From positions 1 through 64,000 of the IMG/VR virus record IMGVR_UViG_3300025581_000001: DNA of 64,000 nt, one strand, 5' to 3'. Both the position numbers and the translations under genes were made by a program. This stretch comes from a virus. Below the pieces are notes generated by a model, which saw only the letters and a list, made by a program, of their open reading frames with translations, made no database searches and was not told the DNA's origin. This document shows, in pieces, positions 46,459 through 54,990 of the stretch; the first letter of the stretch is position 1; each line of letters begins with the position of its first letter.

Positions 46459-47936
46459 ACCTGACCCTTAGCTCGATGCAGATGCAGTCCGAGGAGTGTG
46501 GGCACTTCTGCGACATGGATGCCGAGGAGCAGCACCCTAACGCTTCACCATTCAAGGGCGTGCTCCTGATGGTCGATGAGGCATCGACCCGCCCGCCGAA
46601 CGGGGCCGAGGGGCACCGCATCATGGTGCCTAAGAAGGTCGCCAAGAGCCGCCTCGCGTCGCTCATCGGCATGGGGCTGAATCATTCCAGTGGGCTCGAC
46701 CGGCACAATCCGACGCAGAAGGTTGGGGTCATCGAGCGGGCCTGGATTAAGGGTAAGGAGGTCTGGTGCTCAGGCGTGATCTGGGCCAAGGACTTTCCCA
46801 ATGCGGTAGGCCGCTTGCGTACTGGTGGCATGGGTATGTCGATGGAGTTGGCCGACGTGCTTGTCGAGGACAAGGATTCGGACGTATGGAAGCTGATTGA
46901 TTTTGATTTCACCGGGGCGACCGCGCTGAAGAAGCACGCCGCCGCGTACGAACGTACGACCCTCGCAGCGTCAGCTTGCGAGAAAACCACAAAAGGAGAA
47001 GTAGCCGCTATGTCAGTTAAGAAACCGAGCAAGTCCAGCGGCAACGGCGATCTTGCAAAGCTGATTGCTAATGCCGTAACGACCGGGGTGGTATTGGCTA
47101 TGAAGCCGATGTCGGTTGCCCTTGGGGAAGTTAACGCAAGTTTACTGACGCAGAATGAAACCATCGGAGCGCTAGCCGCAGCCACCCTGAATGCTGCAAA
47201 GGACTCCGACGACGCCGCTGCAGCCAAAGACAGCGATGACGCTGCTGCAGCCAAAGACAGCGATGATGCTGCTGCTGCAAAGGACTCGGATGATGCTTCC
47301 GCTGCTGCCGCTAAGGGCAAGGATGCTGCCGACAGTTCCAGCACCACCAGCGAAGATCAAGAAGACGACACCGACGACGAGGACGAGTTGAAGGCGGAGC
47401 TGGCCAAGCTGGGCAAGAGCACGAAGAACTCATTGGCCACCGACGAGTCTGGCGATTCCGACCCCGAGTTCGGAAGGCTGAACGACAACGTGAAAGAGGG
47501 TGTCTTGCACTATCCGAAGGGTCACAAGACAACGGTCAGCGCTGCCGCCCAGCGCAACAGCGGACGTTTGTTCCAGCTGGCGGCTTCCGCCATCCAGACG
47601 GCGGAGAAGGTGCGCAAGGGTCAGCAGAAGATCGTCAAAGCGCTGCGAGCCGAGAAGGACAAGCGGCATGAGTTGGAGGAGCAGGTCGAGGACATGCAGG
47701 CGCAGGCCGACGAGTTTGCGTCCAGCATCCACCGCAAGACTCTACCCGGCAACTACTACATGCTGCTGGAGAAGTCCGGCTACACGGTCGGCGACATCAG
47801 TGCGTCGGGCCAGAAGTTGACCATTGAGCAGCAGGATTCCATCGTCCGCACCGCCCGCGAGTCGGGAGTGCAGATGAGCATCCTGGACGCCATGACCTTC
47901 AAGACCAAGTTGGTCGAGGCCGGGCTGGCGGAGTAG
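46455..47936 (+). CDS. Prohead protease-scaffold fusion (nested scaffold start likely at 47010)
   Basis: Between portal and capsid; H...KVGVIERAW...SG.IW...GMSME; internal AAAGGAG + ATG; acidic linker and coiled coil. Confidence 0.75.
   Translation: MNLTLSSMQMQSEECGHFCDMDAEEQHPNASPFKGVLLMVDEASTRPPNGAEGHRIMVPKKVAKSRLASLIGMGLNHSSGLDRHNPTQKVGVIERAWIKGKEVWCSGVIWAKDFPNAVGRLRTGGMGMSMELADVLVEDKDSDVWKLIDFDFTGATALKKHAAAYERTTLAASACEKTTKGEVAAMSVKKPSKSSGNGDLAKLIANAVTTGVVLAMKPMSVALGEVNASLLTQNETIGALAAATLNAAKDSDDAAAAKDSDDAAAAKDSDDAAAAKDSDDASAAAAKGKDAADSSSTTSEDQEDDTDDEDELKAELAKLGKSTKNSLATDESGDSDPEFGRLNDNVKEGVLHYPKGHKTTVSAAAQRNSGRLFQLAASAIQTAEKVRKGQQKIVKALRAEKDKRHELEEQVEDMQAQADEFASSIHRKTLPGNYYMLLEKSGYTVGDISASGQKLTIEQQDSIVRTARESGVQMSILDAMTFKTKLVEAGLAE
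47193..47295 (+). repeat. 27-bp coding tandem repeat (AAAAKDSDD x4)
   Basis: Direct reading of DNA and protein. Confidence 0.85.
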
Positions 47937-48008
47937 TTGCGCCATCAAGATTATCAAGACTGAGCGATTTCCGGTACGACCATAAACTTTTCGAGGAGAA
48001 ACAAGACA

Positions 48009-49004
48009 ATGGCAAAAAGGGCAGTGATGACAGGAGCCCGTACCGGAGACATTTCCGCTGCCGCCGACTTTATGGGCCCTGGAGCAATCGAGGTCAACCG
48101 TTATCAGACCGAGATCTTCGACTTGGTGCGCCGTCGTTTCGTATTTGGCCAGCGCATCACAACCGTTCCCGCAACCGGCCAGCCTTCTCGTTACTTCGAG
48201 CAGCTGGCTATTCCGACCGCAGGTATGGTGAATCCCCGGACGCTCGCTACCGGCACCAACGCCTCGGAACCGATCCGCGTGGAGCGCCCGGTCTATCTGA
48301 AGGCGATCACCGGGCAGATCAACTACTCTATCTTCGACGTGGAGGTCACCCAGCAGCAAGGTCAGTTCGCTTACCTTGAAGCCAAGGACTTGACCGACAC
48401 CGTCGATGCGGTACTGAAGCTGCACGATCAGCAGCTGTGGACTGGAGCCGACACCGACTTGGTCTACGCCAGCAGCACCGACTACGTCGGAGTGTCGTCG
48501 CAGATCGTCAATGCTGCCGATCTGGGTGGCTTCTACCACGGCAGCGTGGTGGCCGCATCTGGGTCGCTGGTGAACGCAGTCAAGACGCAAGTGGCGCAAA
48601 TGGCCAGCCGCACCGACTTCGAAGTGAAGCCAAGCGCGCTGTACATGAACCCCATGTTCGGTGACCTGTTCGATCAGGAAGCCAAGAGTGTGCAGCTGTA
48701 CTTCAACGAGGTCGAGGTCATCCCCGGCGTCATCGTGAAGGCATTGCCCACGCAGATCGGCCTGCTGCCCCTGATTCCCGACCCGGCGATAGTGAACCTG
48801 CCGAGCGGTGGGCTGACCCAGTACACCGGATTCATCATCTCGGAGGAGTTCGTCGAGTATCACTACCTGACGAGCCCGGTGCCGAGGGTGTTCCAGCTGG
48901 GGCTGGTCGGCAACTTGGCTGCGCAGTTCGTCGTGCTGAAGTTTGGTGCGCCGGTCGCGAAGGGTGCTGGATACGCGCACGGCTACATTCGCACGATTCG
49001 GTAG
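48009..49004 (+). CDS. Major capsid protein
   Basis: Position after the scaffold, GAGGAG SD, 331 aa, high GC3, KPSALYMNP motif. Confidence 0.85.
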   Translation: MAKRAVMTGARTGDISAAADFMGPGAIEVNRYQTEIFDLVRRRFVFGQRITTVPATGQPSRYFEQLAIPTAGMVNPRTLATGTNASEPIRVERPVYLKAITGQINYSIFDVEVTQQQGQFAYLEAKDLTDTVDAVLKLHDQQLWTGADTDLVYASSTDYVGVSSQIVNAADLGGFYHGSVVAASGSLVNAVKTQVAQMASRTDFEVKPSALYMNPMFGDLFDQEAKSVQLYFNEVEVIPGVIVKALPTQIGLLPLIPDPAIVNLPSGGLTQYTGFIISEEFVEYHYLTSPVPRVFQLGLVGNLAAQFVVLKFGAPVAKGAGYAHGYIRTIR

Positions 49005-49096
49005 GTAACGATTGCCTGATGGAGTTGTCCGCCAACGGTCTGGAGAGGCTGCGAACCTGTAGCCTCTCCGTTTGAACCTTAAGCAACGAGGGATGC

Positions 49097-49909
49097 GTGA
49101 GCAATCCGACTTTTGTTCCCGAGTACGTATTCGAGTACGAGCTGCAAGGCTACGGCTTACCCGCCGTGGCCCAGCTGCCGACCATCATGAACCTGGTGGA
49201 TGCGGCCAGCTCACTTATCGACTCGAACTGCGGGCGCATCGACGGCTTGGGCACCGGCTCGCTCATCTACTCGACCTACGTAGAGCGGCAGCTGCTGCCA
49301 CCGGGCCGCAACCTGTGCCGCTTGTCGAAGCCACCGCTGGTCGCGGTCGACCAAGGCTTCATGGACACCCTGGCCAGCTATAACACGACTGGCTACAACG
49401 GGGTGAGCGGCAACCATTACTGGACAGGCGCGCTGGGCAACGGGGTGGTGCTGGCGAGCGGTGACCTTTCCAGCATCATCAGCGCCAGCGGGCGCTACGG
49501 CTACGGGCGGCGTGATTCCCAGATGACTGCCCCCGACATGAACTACGGGAGCAACATTTTGCAGGTGGCAGCATTCTTCGGTGGGCCACCACAGTGGACG
49601 GCCATCAATCCGTCGATGGTCGAGTACAACGACGAGGTCGGCGAAATCTGGCTGCCCGCCGGTTTGTATATGTCGTCCTACACCGAGGTGCTGCTGAAGT
49701 ACAACGCAGGGTTCAACCCGATTGCGCTGCCCAACAATATCAAGATGGCGTGCGCCGCCTTGGTGAAGAACTTCATTATCCGCGCCGGGGGAGCGACTTC
49801 GCTGACCGGCTACGATGCGGGGCGAATCCATGCGCAGTTCACCCCCGACTTGATTGACACGAATATCGCGCAGTGGCTCAAGTTTTATGCGCATGTTGTG
49901 AGTATGTAG
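49097..49909 (+). CDS. Head-tail connector/adaptor
   Basis: AASSLIDSNCGR...KYNAGF...LPNNIKMACAALV. Confidence 0.75.
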   Translation: MSNPTFVPEYVFEYELQGYGLPAVAQLPTIMNLVDAASSLIDSNCGRIDGLGTGSLIYSTYVERQLLPPGRNLCRLSKPPLVAVDQGFMDTLASYNTTGYNGVSGNHYWTGALGNGVVLASGDLSSIISASGRYGYGRRDSQMTAPDMNYGSNILQVAAFFGGPPQWTAINPSMVEYNDEVGEIWLPAGLYMSSYTEVLLKYNAGFNPIALPNNIKMACAALVKNFIIRAGGATSLTGYDAGRIHAQFTPDLIDTNIAQWLKFYAHVVSM

Positions 49910-49910
49910 T

Positions 49911-50426
49911 ATGAGCAGCCCATTTGGACTCGGCTTCGGTGCGCGCTTCATCTTCGACGCCCACCAGAACTGGACGGGTGAAGGGCTGCCGGTCTACTTG
50001 CGGACGCAGAATGCGAATGACGAGGCGCAGGATTTCGCCGACACCGGCTTCGAAGTTACGGTCACCAGCCCGAACCTGTTGAGCGGCGCAGGCACGACCG
50101 ACCATCTGGTGCTGCCACCGCCGCTAGTCGAGCCCTTGAGCTTGGTCGATATCGGCATCATGGGTGGCAAGCTGATGTTCGGGGCGCGCAAGTTCACGCT
50201 GTCACACACTTGGGTGATGGCATGGATGACGGCGAACGGCTACGACAATCCGCTGGCGGTGTTTGAAGACCCGGCCAAGGTGGTCGGGCTGTGGCACGAC
50301 AACCAGTTGTGGGCGATTAAGCAGGTGAATCACATCGACCTCGGTGGAGCAATCATCTACTGGGAGCTGATGTGTGATTCAGCGCAGCAGAACATAAGTA
50401 CGGGAACCGGCCTTGACGGGCCGTAG
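49911..50426 (+). CDS. Putative head closure/neck protein
   Basis: Synteny and size. Confidence 0.55.
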   Translation: MSSPFGLGFGARFIFDAHQNWTGEGLPVYLRTQNANDEAQDFADTGFEVTVTSPNLLSGAGTTDHLVLPPPLVEPLSLVDIGIMGGKLMFGARKFTLSHTWVMAWMTANGYDNPLAVFEDPAKVVGLWHDNQLWAIKQVNHIDLGGAIIYWELMCDSAQQNISTGTGLDGP

Positions 50427-50436
50427 AGGAGGCAAC

Positions 50437-50757
50437 ATGAAGGCTGGCGACCAAGTAACGATTAAGGAAGTGCGGCGCAATGCTATGGGCGGCGCGTCCG
50501 TCAAGGTGTTGCGCTTCGGCAACATCCTCAAGATCGAGGGCGAGAAGGGCCAGGAGAAGGCGGACGTGGTGTTCGCCTCGGCCAATCCCGCCGTGAGCCG
50601 ATTGGGCGGCTTCGGAGGCTCGCTGCATGATGTGCAGCAGACCCGCAAGTGGGTGCCACTCACCGAACTGGAACTGGTTTCTACCCGCTACGGCGGGCGG
50701 AACGTAGTGCAAGTCGACCCGAACCGTCGCGGTATCGGTCAACTCTTGAACAAGTAA
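50437..50757 (+). CDS. Hypothetical protein
   Basis: GAGGAGG SD. Confidence 0.55.
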   Translation: MKAGDQVTIKEVRRNAMGGASVKVLRFGNILKIEGEKGQEKADVVFASANPAVSRLGGFGGSLHDVQQTRKWVPLTELELVSTRYGGRNVVQVDPNRRGIGQLLNK

Positions 50758-50771
50758 GGAGAACATGAATC

Positions 50772-51002
50772 ATGAGTATGCTAGCAGATGCAACTTCAGC
50801 GGTCGCGGATACACCGACGGCGACCTCCCTTGCCAACTCAGTCAACCCAGCGAATGCGCTAGTGGACATTCCGGGCATGCTGAACAACTACCTGATCTCT
50901 CTCAAGGAGATGAAGGTGAAGCTGACGCTTTTGAGGACGGTGGTGGACAGCGGCGACCCGATTTACACGCTACTCGGCAACGGCCTTACGGCCATCGGTT
51001 AG
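50772..51002 (+). CDS. Hypothetical protein
   Basis: AAGGAG upstream; helical. Confidence 0.5.
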   Translation: MSMLADATSAVADTPTATSLANSVNPANALVDIPGMLNNYLISLKEMKVKLTLLRTVVDSGDPIYTLLGNGLTAIG

Positions 51003-51020
51003 TCCTGGGAGTGTGCGCAG

Positions 51021-51515
51021 ATGGACGTGTCCTTCCTTACGCCTTCTATAAGGCTGGAGATGGCGGTAGAGATACCGCCTGACTTCACCGAATGGATGGA
51101 GAAAGCCGCCCGCGTAGTAGAAGTGGGGGTGGCACTGGAAGGCGCTCCGTCTGCGTACGGTCTCGTTTGGGAATATGGAAATCGCAGGCAGCAGTATCCG
51201 GGGCCGAAGACGGTGCTCAGCGAGAACCCGCTGGGCGAGATGGAGTACTTGACGACGCAGGCTCCGCATGGCTGGATTGCGGTCAATGAGGCCGAGATGC
51301 GCGATGCCATCAACAAGCGGCTGGCTGTCGCCGACTTGGACGATATCGAGGATGCTATGGCTGAGGCCAGCATGGACATCTACAACATCCTGCAGCAGAC
51401 GGTGCCTATGGACAGCGGTGCGTTGAGCAACGCTTTGGTCATCGTGCCACCGAACGATGACCTGCTGGATGACGCCGAAGCTGAAGGCACGATGCTGAAT
51501 GAATGGAGTGAATGA
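51021..51515 (+). CDS. Putative neck/tail completion protein (HK97 gp10-like)
   Basis: YGLVWEYG, VPMDSGALSNAL motifs; synteny. Confidence 0.6.
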   Translation: MDVSFLTPSIRLEMAVEIPPDFTEWMEKAARVVEVGVALEGAPSAYGLVWEYGNRRQQYPGPKTVLSENPLGEMEYLTTQAPHGWIAVNEAEMRDAINKRLAVADLDDIEDAMAEASMDIYNILQQTVPMDSGALSNALVIVPPNDDLLDDAEAEGTMLNEWSE

Positions 51516-52060
51516 TGGCAGATGCGATTGCGGTACCACTGAAGCAGTACATAATCCTGACGCCTGACATCGCGGTGCTGGAGCTTCCCCCGAAGGTGAC
51601 GGCGGAGGAGGCCCGCGCATCGCGCAACAAGAAGTACCCCAAGGGCACCGACTTCCGGGGCTTGAAGCTGGTGCACGCCGACTTTCGCGGGGCCACTATT
51701 GTGCAGTGCCTGTTCGACGACGCCGACTGCAAGTACGCCTGCTTTGACTCGGCGAACGCCTGGGGGTCAAGCTTCGTAGGCACCAACATGCACCGGGCGT
51801 CGATAGCCAACGCCTGCTTTGAGAATGCGGACTTCCGGCCACGTGACTGCTTTGGACTGACTTTGAGTTTGCACTGCCGGACATTCCAGGGCTGGAAGGT
51901 CGACCACGACATGATGAAGCTGTGGTTCTTCATGCCAGTGACTTGGCAACTGCCGGAGGTGAAGGGTGCACCGGGCTGGTGGAAGCAGAAGATCGTGCAG
52001 GTCTTGGGGCAGGAGCGGGTGGACAAGCTGAAGATGGTATTTGATGTAAGGCAGGTATGA
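51512..52060 (+). CDS. Pentapeptide-repeat protein
   Basis: TDFRG-LKLVH-ADFRG-ATIVQ-CLFDD-ADCKY-ACFDS... A(D/N)xxx repeats. Confidence 0.8.
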   Translation: MMADAIAVPLKQYIILTPDIAVLELPPKVTAEEARASRNKKYPKGTDFRGLKLVHADFRGATIVQCLFDDADCKYACFDSANAWGSSFVGTNMHRASIANACFENADFRPRDCFGLTLSLHCRTFQGWKVDHDMMKLWFFMPVTWQLPEVKGAPGWWKQKIVQVLGQERVDKLKMVFDVRQV

Positions 52061-52620
52061 GCACAGTACCGGCAGACATCGGGCAGGTGATCGGGGCGGC
52101 GCAGAGCCACTTCTACTTCGTGAAGAAGCGCATTATCGCGCTCAACTCCCAGCGTACCATTGTCGGCATTAACGACGCGATGGACTGGCCGCCGAAGCAG
52201 TTTCTGCCCAACACGTTCTACATGCTGCCGATGGACACCACGACGCGAACAGGTTTTGGCACTCCAATGTCGTTGGGCTTGGCGAATGTGGTGCAGTGGA
52301 ACTGGATGGCTCCAGGGAACGACTTGGCGGCGAACCAGCGAGGCCGCAACCGCGCCGACCGGTTCCTCATCAACCAGCAGATGGTCTCGGAGATCATGTA
52401 CGGGCTGTACCCGTACTTCTGCGACAAGCAGGTTTATAAGGTGCAGGACGTGAATGGCCAGATCAAGCTGACCGGCAGCACTATCGACCCGCCGGAGCAA
52501 ATCTGGTGGACGTACCCAAGATTCCTGAAGGCGCGGCTGGACGACGAGCAGAAGTCAGGCATCTTGTACAGCATCGCGCAGGTGACCTTGAATCAATTTG
52601 GAGACAGTATCTACTCATAA
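52057..52620 (+). CDS. Putative tail terminator
   Basis: Synteny, directly before the tail tube gene. Confidence 0.5.
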   Translation: MSTVPADIGQVIGAAQSHFYFVKKRIIALNSQRTIVGINDAMDWPPKQFLPNTFYMLPMDTTTRTGFGTPMSLGLANVVQWNWMAPGNDLAANQRGRNRADRFLINQQMVSEIMYGLYPYFCDKQVYKVQDVNGQIKLTGSTIDPPEQIWWTYPRFLKARLDDEQKSGILYSIAQVTLNQFGDSIYS

Positions 52621-52715
52621 GTATGCAGGACAGATAAAACCATGCGAGCAGGCCGGTAGGACTCAGGAAGAAATCAGGAAGGTTTCAGGACAAATTCTCT
52701 TAGGAGGCTACTCGC

Positions 52716-53801
52716 ATGGCACTGTCAAAATCCCTCGTACAGCCGTTTCGCAAGTCTGCCCTGATTCTGGGCAGCGGCTGGCGTGGTGCGTTCGCACCCT
52801 TCAACATCGCTTACAACTTCAGCCAGGCAACATCGCAGTACGGCCCGAGCATCCTGGACTTGCAGTACAGTGGGCCATTCAACACCAACAAACTCCCGGC
52901 AGGTTGGACTGACCTGGGATGGATTATGGGCTTCAAGATGACGCCCAGCTCGAAGATCGGTCAGATCACGTCTGGCTATCGCGGCGCGGTACGCCAGCAG
53001 GTGCGTGGCGAAGTGAATGAGCAGTTCGACTTCCAGTTCAAGGAGTTCAGCCGACTGGCCTGGAAGATTTCGACCGGCACGGAAATCTTTAACTTGCTGG
53101 AGACCGGTGCGGCCCAGACGCAAGGCCCGTTGTCCGGCTCAGGTGCACCCACATGGGCGGTGTCCGGCTACAACGCGTCCGACGGCAGCTACGGTGGCTC
53201 GCCCACCTTGGTCTTGTCGGTTGCTCCCGGCGCACTGGCGGTCAATGACCGTATCGTCTGCGACGTGGATTTCGTGGCCAGTGCTTACCCTTACGGTGGA
53301 TTCGCCGGTTCCAACGGCATTCCCATCTACCCCAACAACGCGCCCAGCGATGTCGACTTCATCCGCAAGACCAGCGACTTCGTGTCGCGGGTTGTGCAGA
53401 TCAGCGGCAACACGCTGGTGCTCGACCAGCCGTTCATCGGCGGCGGGTCGTCTTCGACGCTATTGCAGGGGCCGACAAGTCCTCCGGCAGGCTCCAAGGT
53501 GCAGCAGATGATCGGCACCGCGTCGAGGGAGGGTGGCACTTACATCACCGAGTGGTCGGCGATGTTCATCCTCGACTCGCAGAACGGCGATCAGTTCTGC
53601 ATCTACTACCCGCATGTCTCAATTTCGCAGTTCAAGGACATCTCGACGTGGAACATCAACAACATCGGCACTACCGACACCACTGGCTACCAGCTCGACG
53701 CCACCATGCAAGCACTGGCTTTCGACGACCCGCTGGATGGTGAGACGGTGGTTGGATATCGCGCTTGGTATCCAAACCCGCTGGCTAATATCAGCGCTTA
53801 G
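52716..53801 (+). CDS. Major tail (tube) protein
   Basis: AGGAGG SD, GWTDLGWI, position before chaperone and tape measure. Confidence 0.75.
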   Translation: MALSKSLVQPFRKSALILGSGWRGAFAPFNIAYNFSQATSQYGPSILDLQYSGPFNTNKLPAGWTDLGWIMGFKMTPSSKIGQITSGYRGAVRQQVRGEVNEQFDFQFKEFSRLAWKISTGTEIFNLLETGAAQTQGPLSGSGAPTWAVSGYNASDGSYGGSPTLVLSVAPGALAVNDRIVCDVDFVASAYPYGGFAGSNGIPIYPNNAPSDVDFIRKTSDFVSRVVQISGNTLVLDQPFIGGGSSSTLLQGPTSPPAGSKVQQMIGTASREGGTYITEWSAMFILDSQNGDQFCIYYPHVSISQFKDISTWNINNIGTTDTTGYQLDATMQALAFDDPLDGETVVGYRAWYPNPLANISA

Positions 53802-53919
53802 TTTAACCCGGACGCGTTGCGTCGTCCTTAACCGGGAGGGGGCCTGGAAGCTCCCTCCCACTTAGCAAGACCCGATGCAGCAAGACTAAACTTTTGATTG
53901 CAAGTTATGGAGGAACCAA

Positions 53920-54633
53920 ATGAGTACCACACCCGCAATAACTCCACCTATTTCCAGCCTCGATGCTTTGTCTCCCGAGGCATTAATTTTACTTACAAGG
54001 CAAGTGCGTCCTGAAGTTGAGGATGCAGTGCGCTCCGAGATGAGGACGACCTTCGAACTTGAGATCGTCAAGTTCAAGGAAGACCTCACCCGGCAGAATG
54101 CCGAGGTTGTCAAGCGCAGTGTCGATAAGTGGGAGGCCGAGGAAGCCAAGAAGCGCGAGCCTCTCAAGCCTGAGCAAATCCAACTCATGCTGGATAAGCA
54201 GTACGCCGTCTTCAAACTGAAGCTGGATAAGGACGGCGAGATGATCAAGTTCACCCTGCGCGAGCTACCGCAGTTCTATGAGAAGAAGTTCTTCAAGCTG
54301 GTCAAGGACACGTTAAAGGACGCGGTCGCCGAGATGGGTGGGGCGCAGTTTAAGCTAGTCGATGGCGACGTGCTCACCCAGATTACATCGCTGATGGAAG
54401 TCTTCGAGCCCGCCCTTGACGTGATGGCGGAAGGCTGCGTGATTTGCCTGAATCCGAAAGGCACGCTTACGTGGCTCGACGTGAAGTGGGTGAAGGACAA
54501 TGTTTCTAGCGAGCGCATCTACAACATCTTGTTGGCACAGGTGGAGCTGAACAAGCTCAGGGATTTTTTCTCACATCTTTTCCAAGGATACCAGACGACC
54601 ACGAGCGTGAGCCAAGCCGCTGTCCAGCAGTAG
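53920..54633 (+). CDS. Tail assembly chaperone (G)
   Basis: Between tail tube and tape measure; ends near LRDFF with a slippery site. Confidence 0.75.
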   Translation: MSTTPAITPPISSLDALSPEALILLTRQVRPEVEDAVRSEMRTTFELEIVKFKEDLTRQNAEVVKRSVDKWEAEEAKKREPLKPEQIQLMLDKQYAVFKLKLDKDGEMIKFTLRELPQFYEKKFFKLVKDTLKDAVAEMGGAQFKLVDGDVLTQITSLMEVFEPALDVMAEGCVICLNPKGTLTWLDVKWVKDNVSSERIYNILLAQVELNKLRDFFSHLFQGYQTTTSVSQAAVQQ

Positions 54634-54989
54634 CTGGAGCGGGTAGCTGGATGCAGGAGTTCAAGATGTCGTGGGACGAGATACAGCGCAAGTTCACGTT
54701 GTCGGAGATGGCGATGATGAACTTCTCCTCCCGCGAGTCAGTGGCTGGTCTTGGAAAAGACAAAACGCGGGCACTGCCCGAGCCGAGCATGGAGCAGTTC
54801 CTTGACGATGAGGTGGGCAACCCAGAAGCGATGCAACCCAGTGACTTCTCGGTGAAGCGTGGGCCAGTTGAGACCTCGCCAGATGAGATGACTGACATGC
54901 GGCAATATACTGGCAAGCAGCTGTGGAAGTACTTCCAGAGTCAAGGATTGATATTTCCTATGATTGAGCGCAAGAAGAAGAGGGACTAA
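54564..54989 (+). CDS. Tail assembly chaperone -1 frameshift extension (GT)
   Basis: T TTT TTC slippery heptamer at 54564-54570; -1 frame open through to ORF 54651..54989. Confidence 0.7.
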   Translation, partial: FFLTSFPRIPDDHEREPSRCPAVAGAGSWMQEFKMSWDEIQRKFTLSEMAMMNFSSRESVAGLGKDKTRALPEPSMEQFLDDEVGNPEAMQPSDFSVKRGPVETSPDEMTDMRQYTGKQLWKYFQSQGLIFPMIERKKKRD

Positions 54990-54990
54990 G

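Noticed and set aside
29220-48980. Long minus-strand ORFs (29220..30695, 29285..30481, 33639..34946, 47742..48980 and similar)
   Set aside because: Antisense shadows of high-GC3 plus-strand genes, with no recognisable motifs
28239-49082. AACCTTAA(C) seen upstream of a few genes (about 28240, 42051, 49075)
   Set aside because: Too short and too few copies to distinguish from chance without statistics
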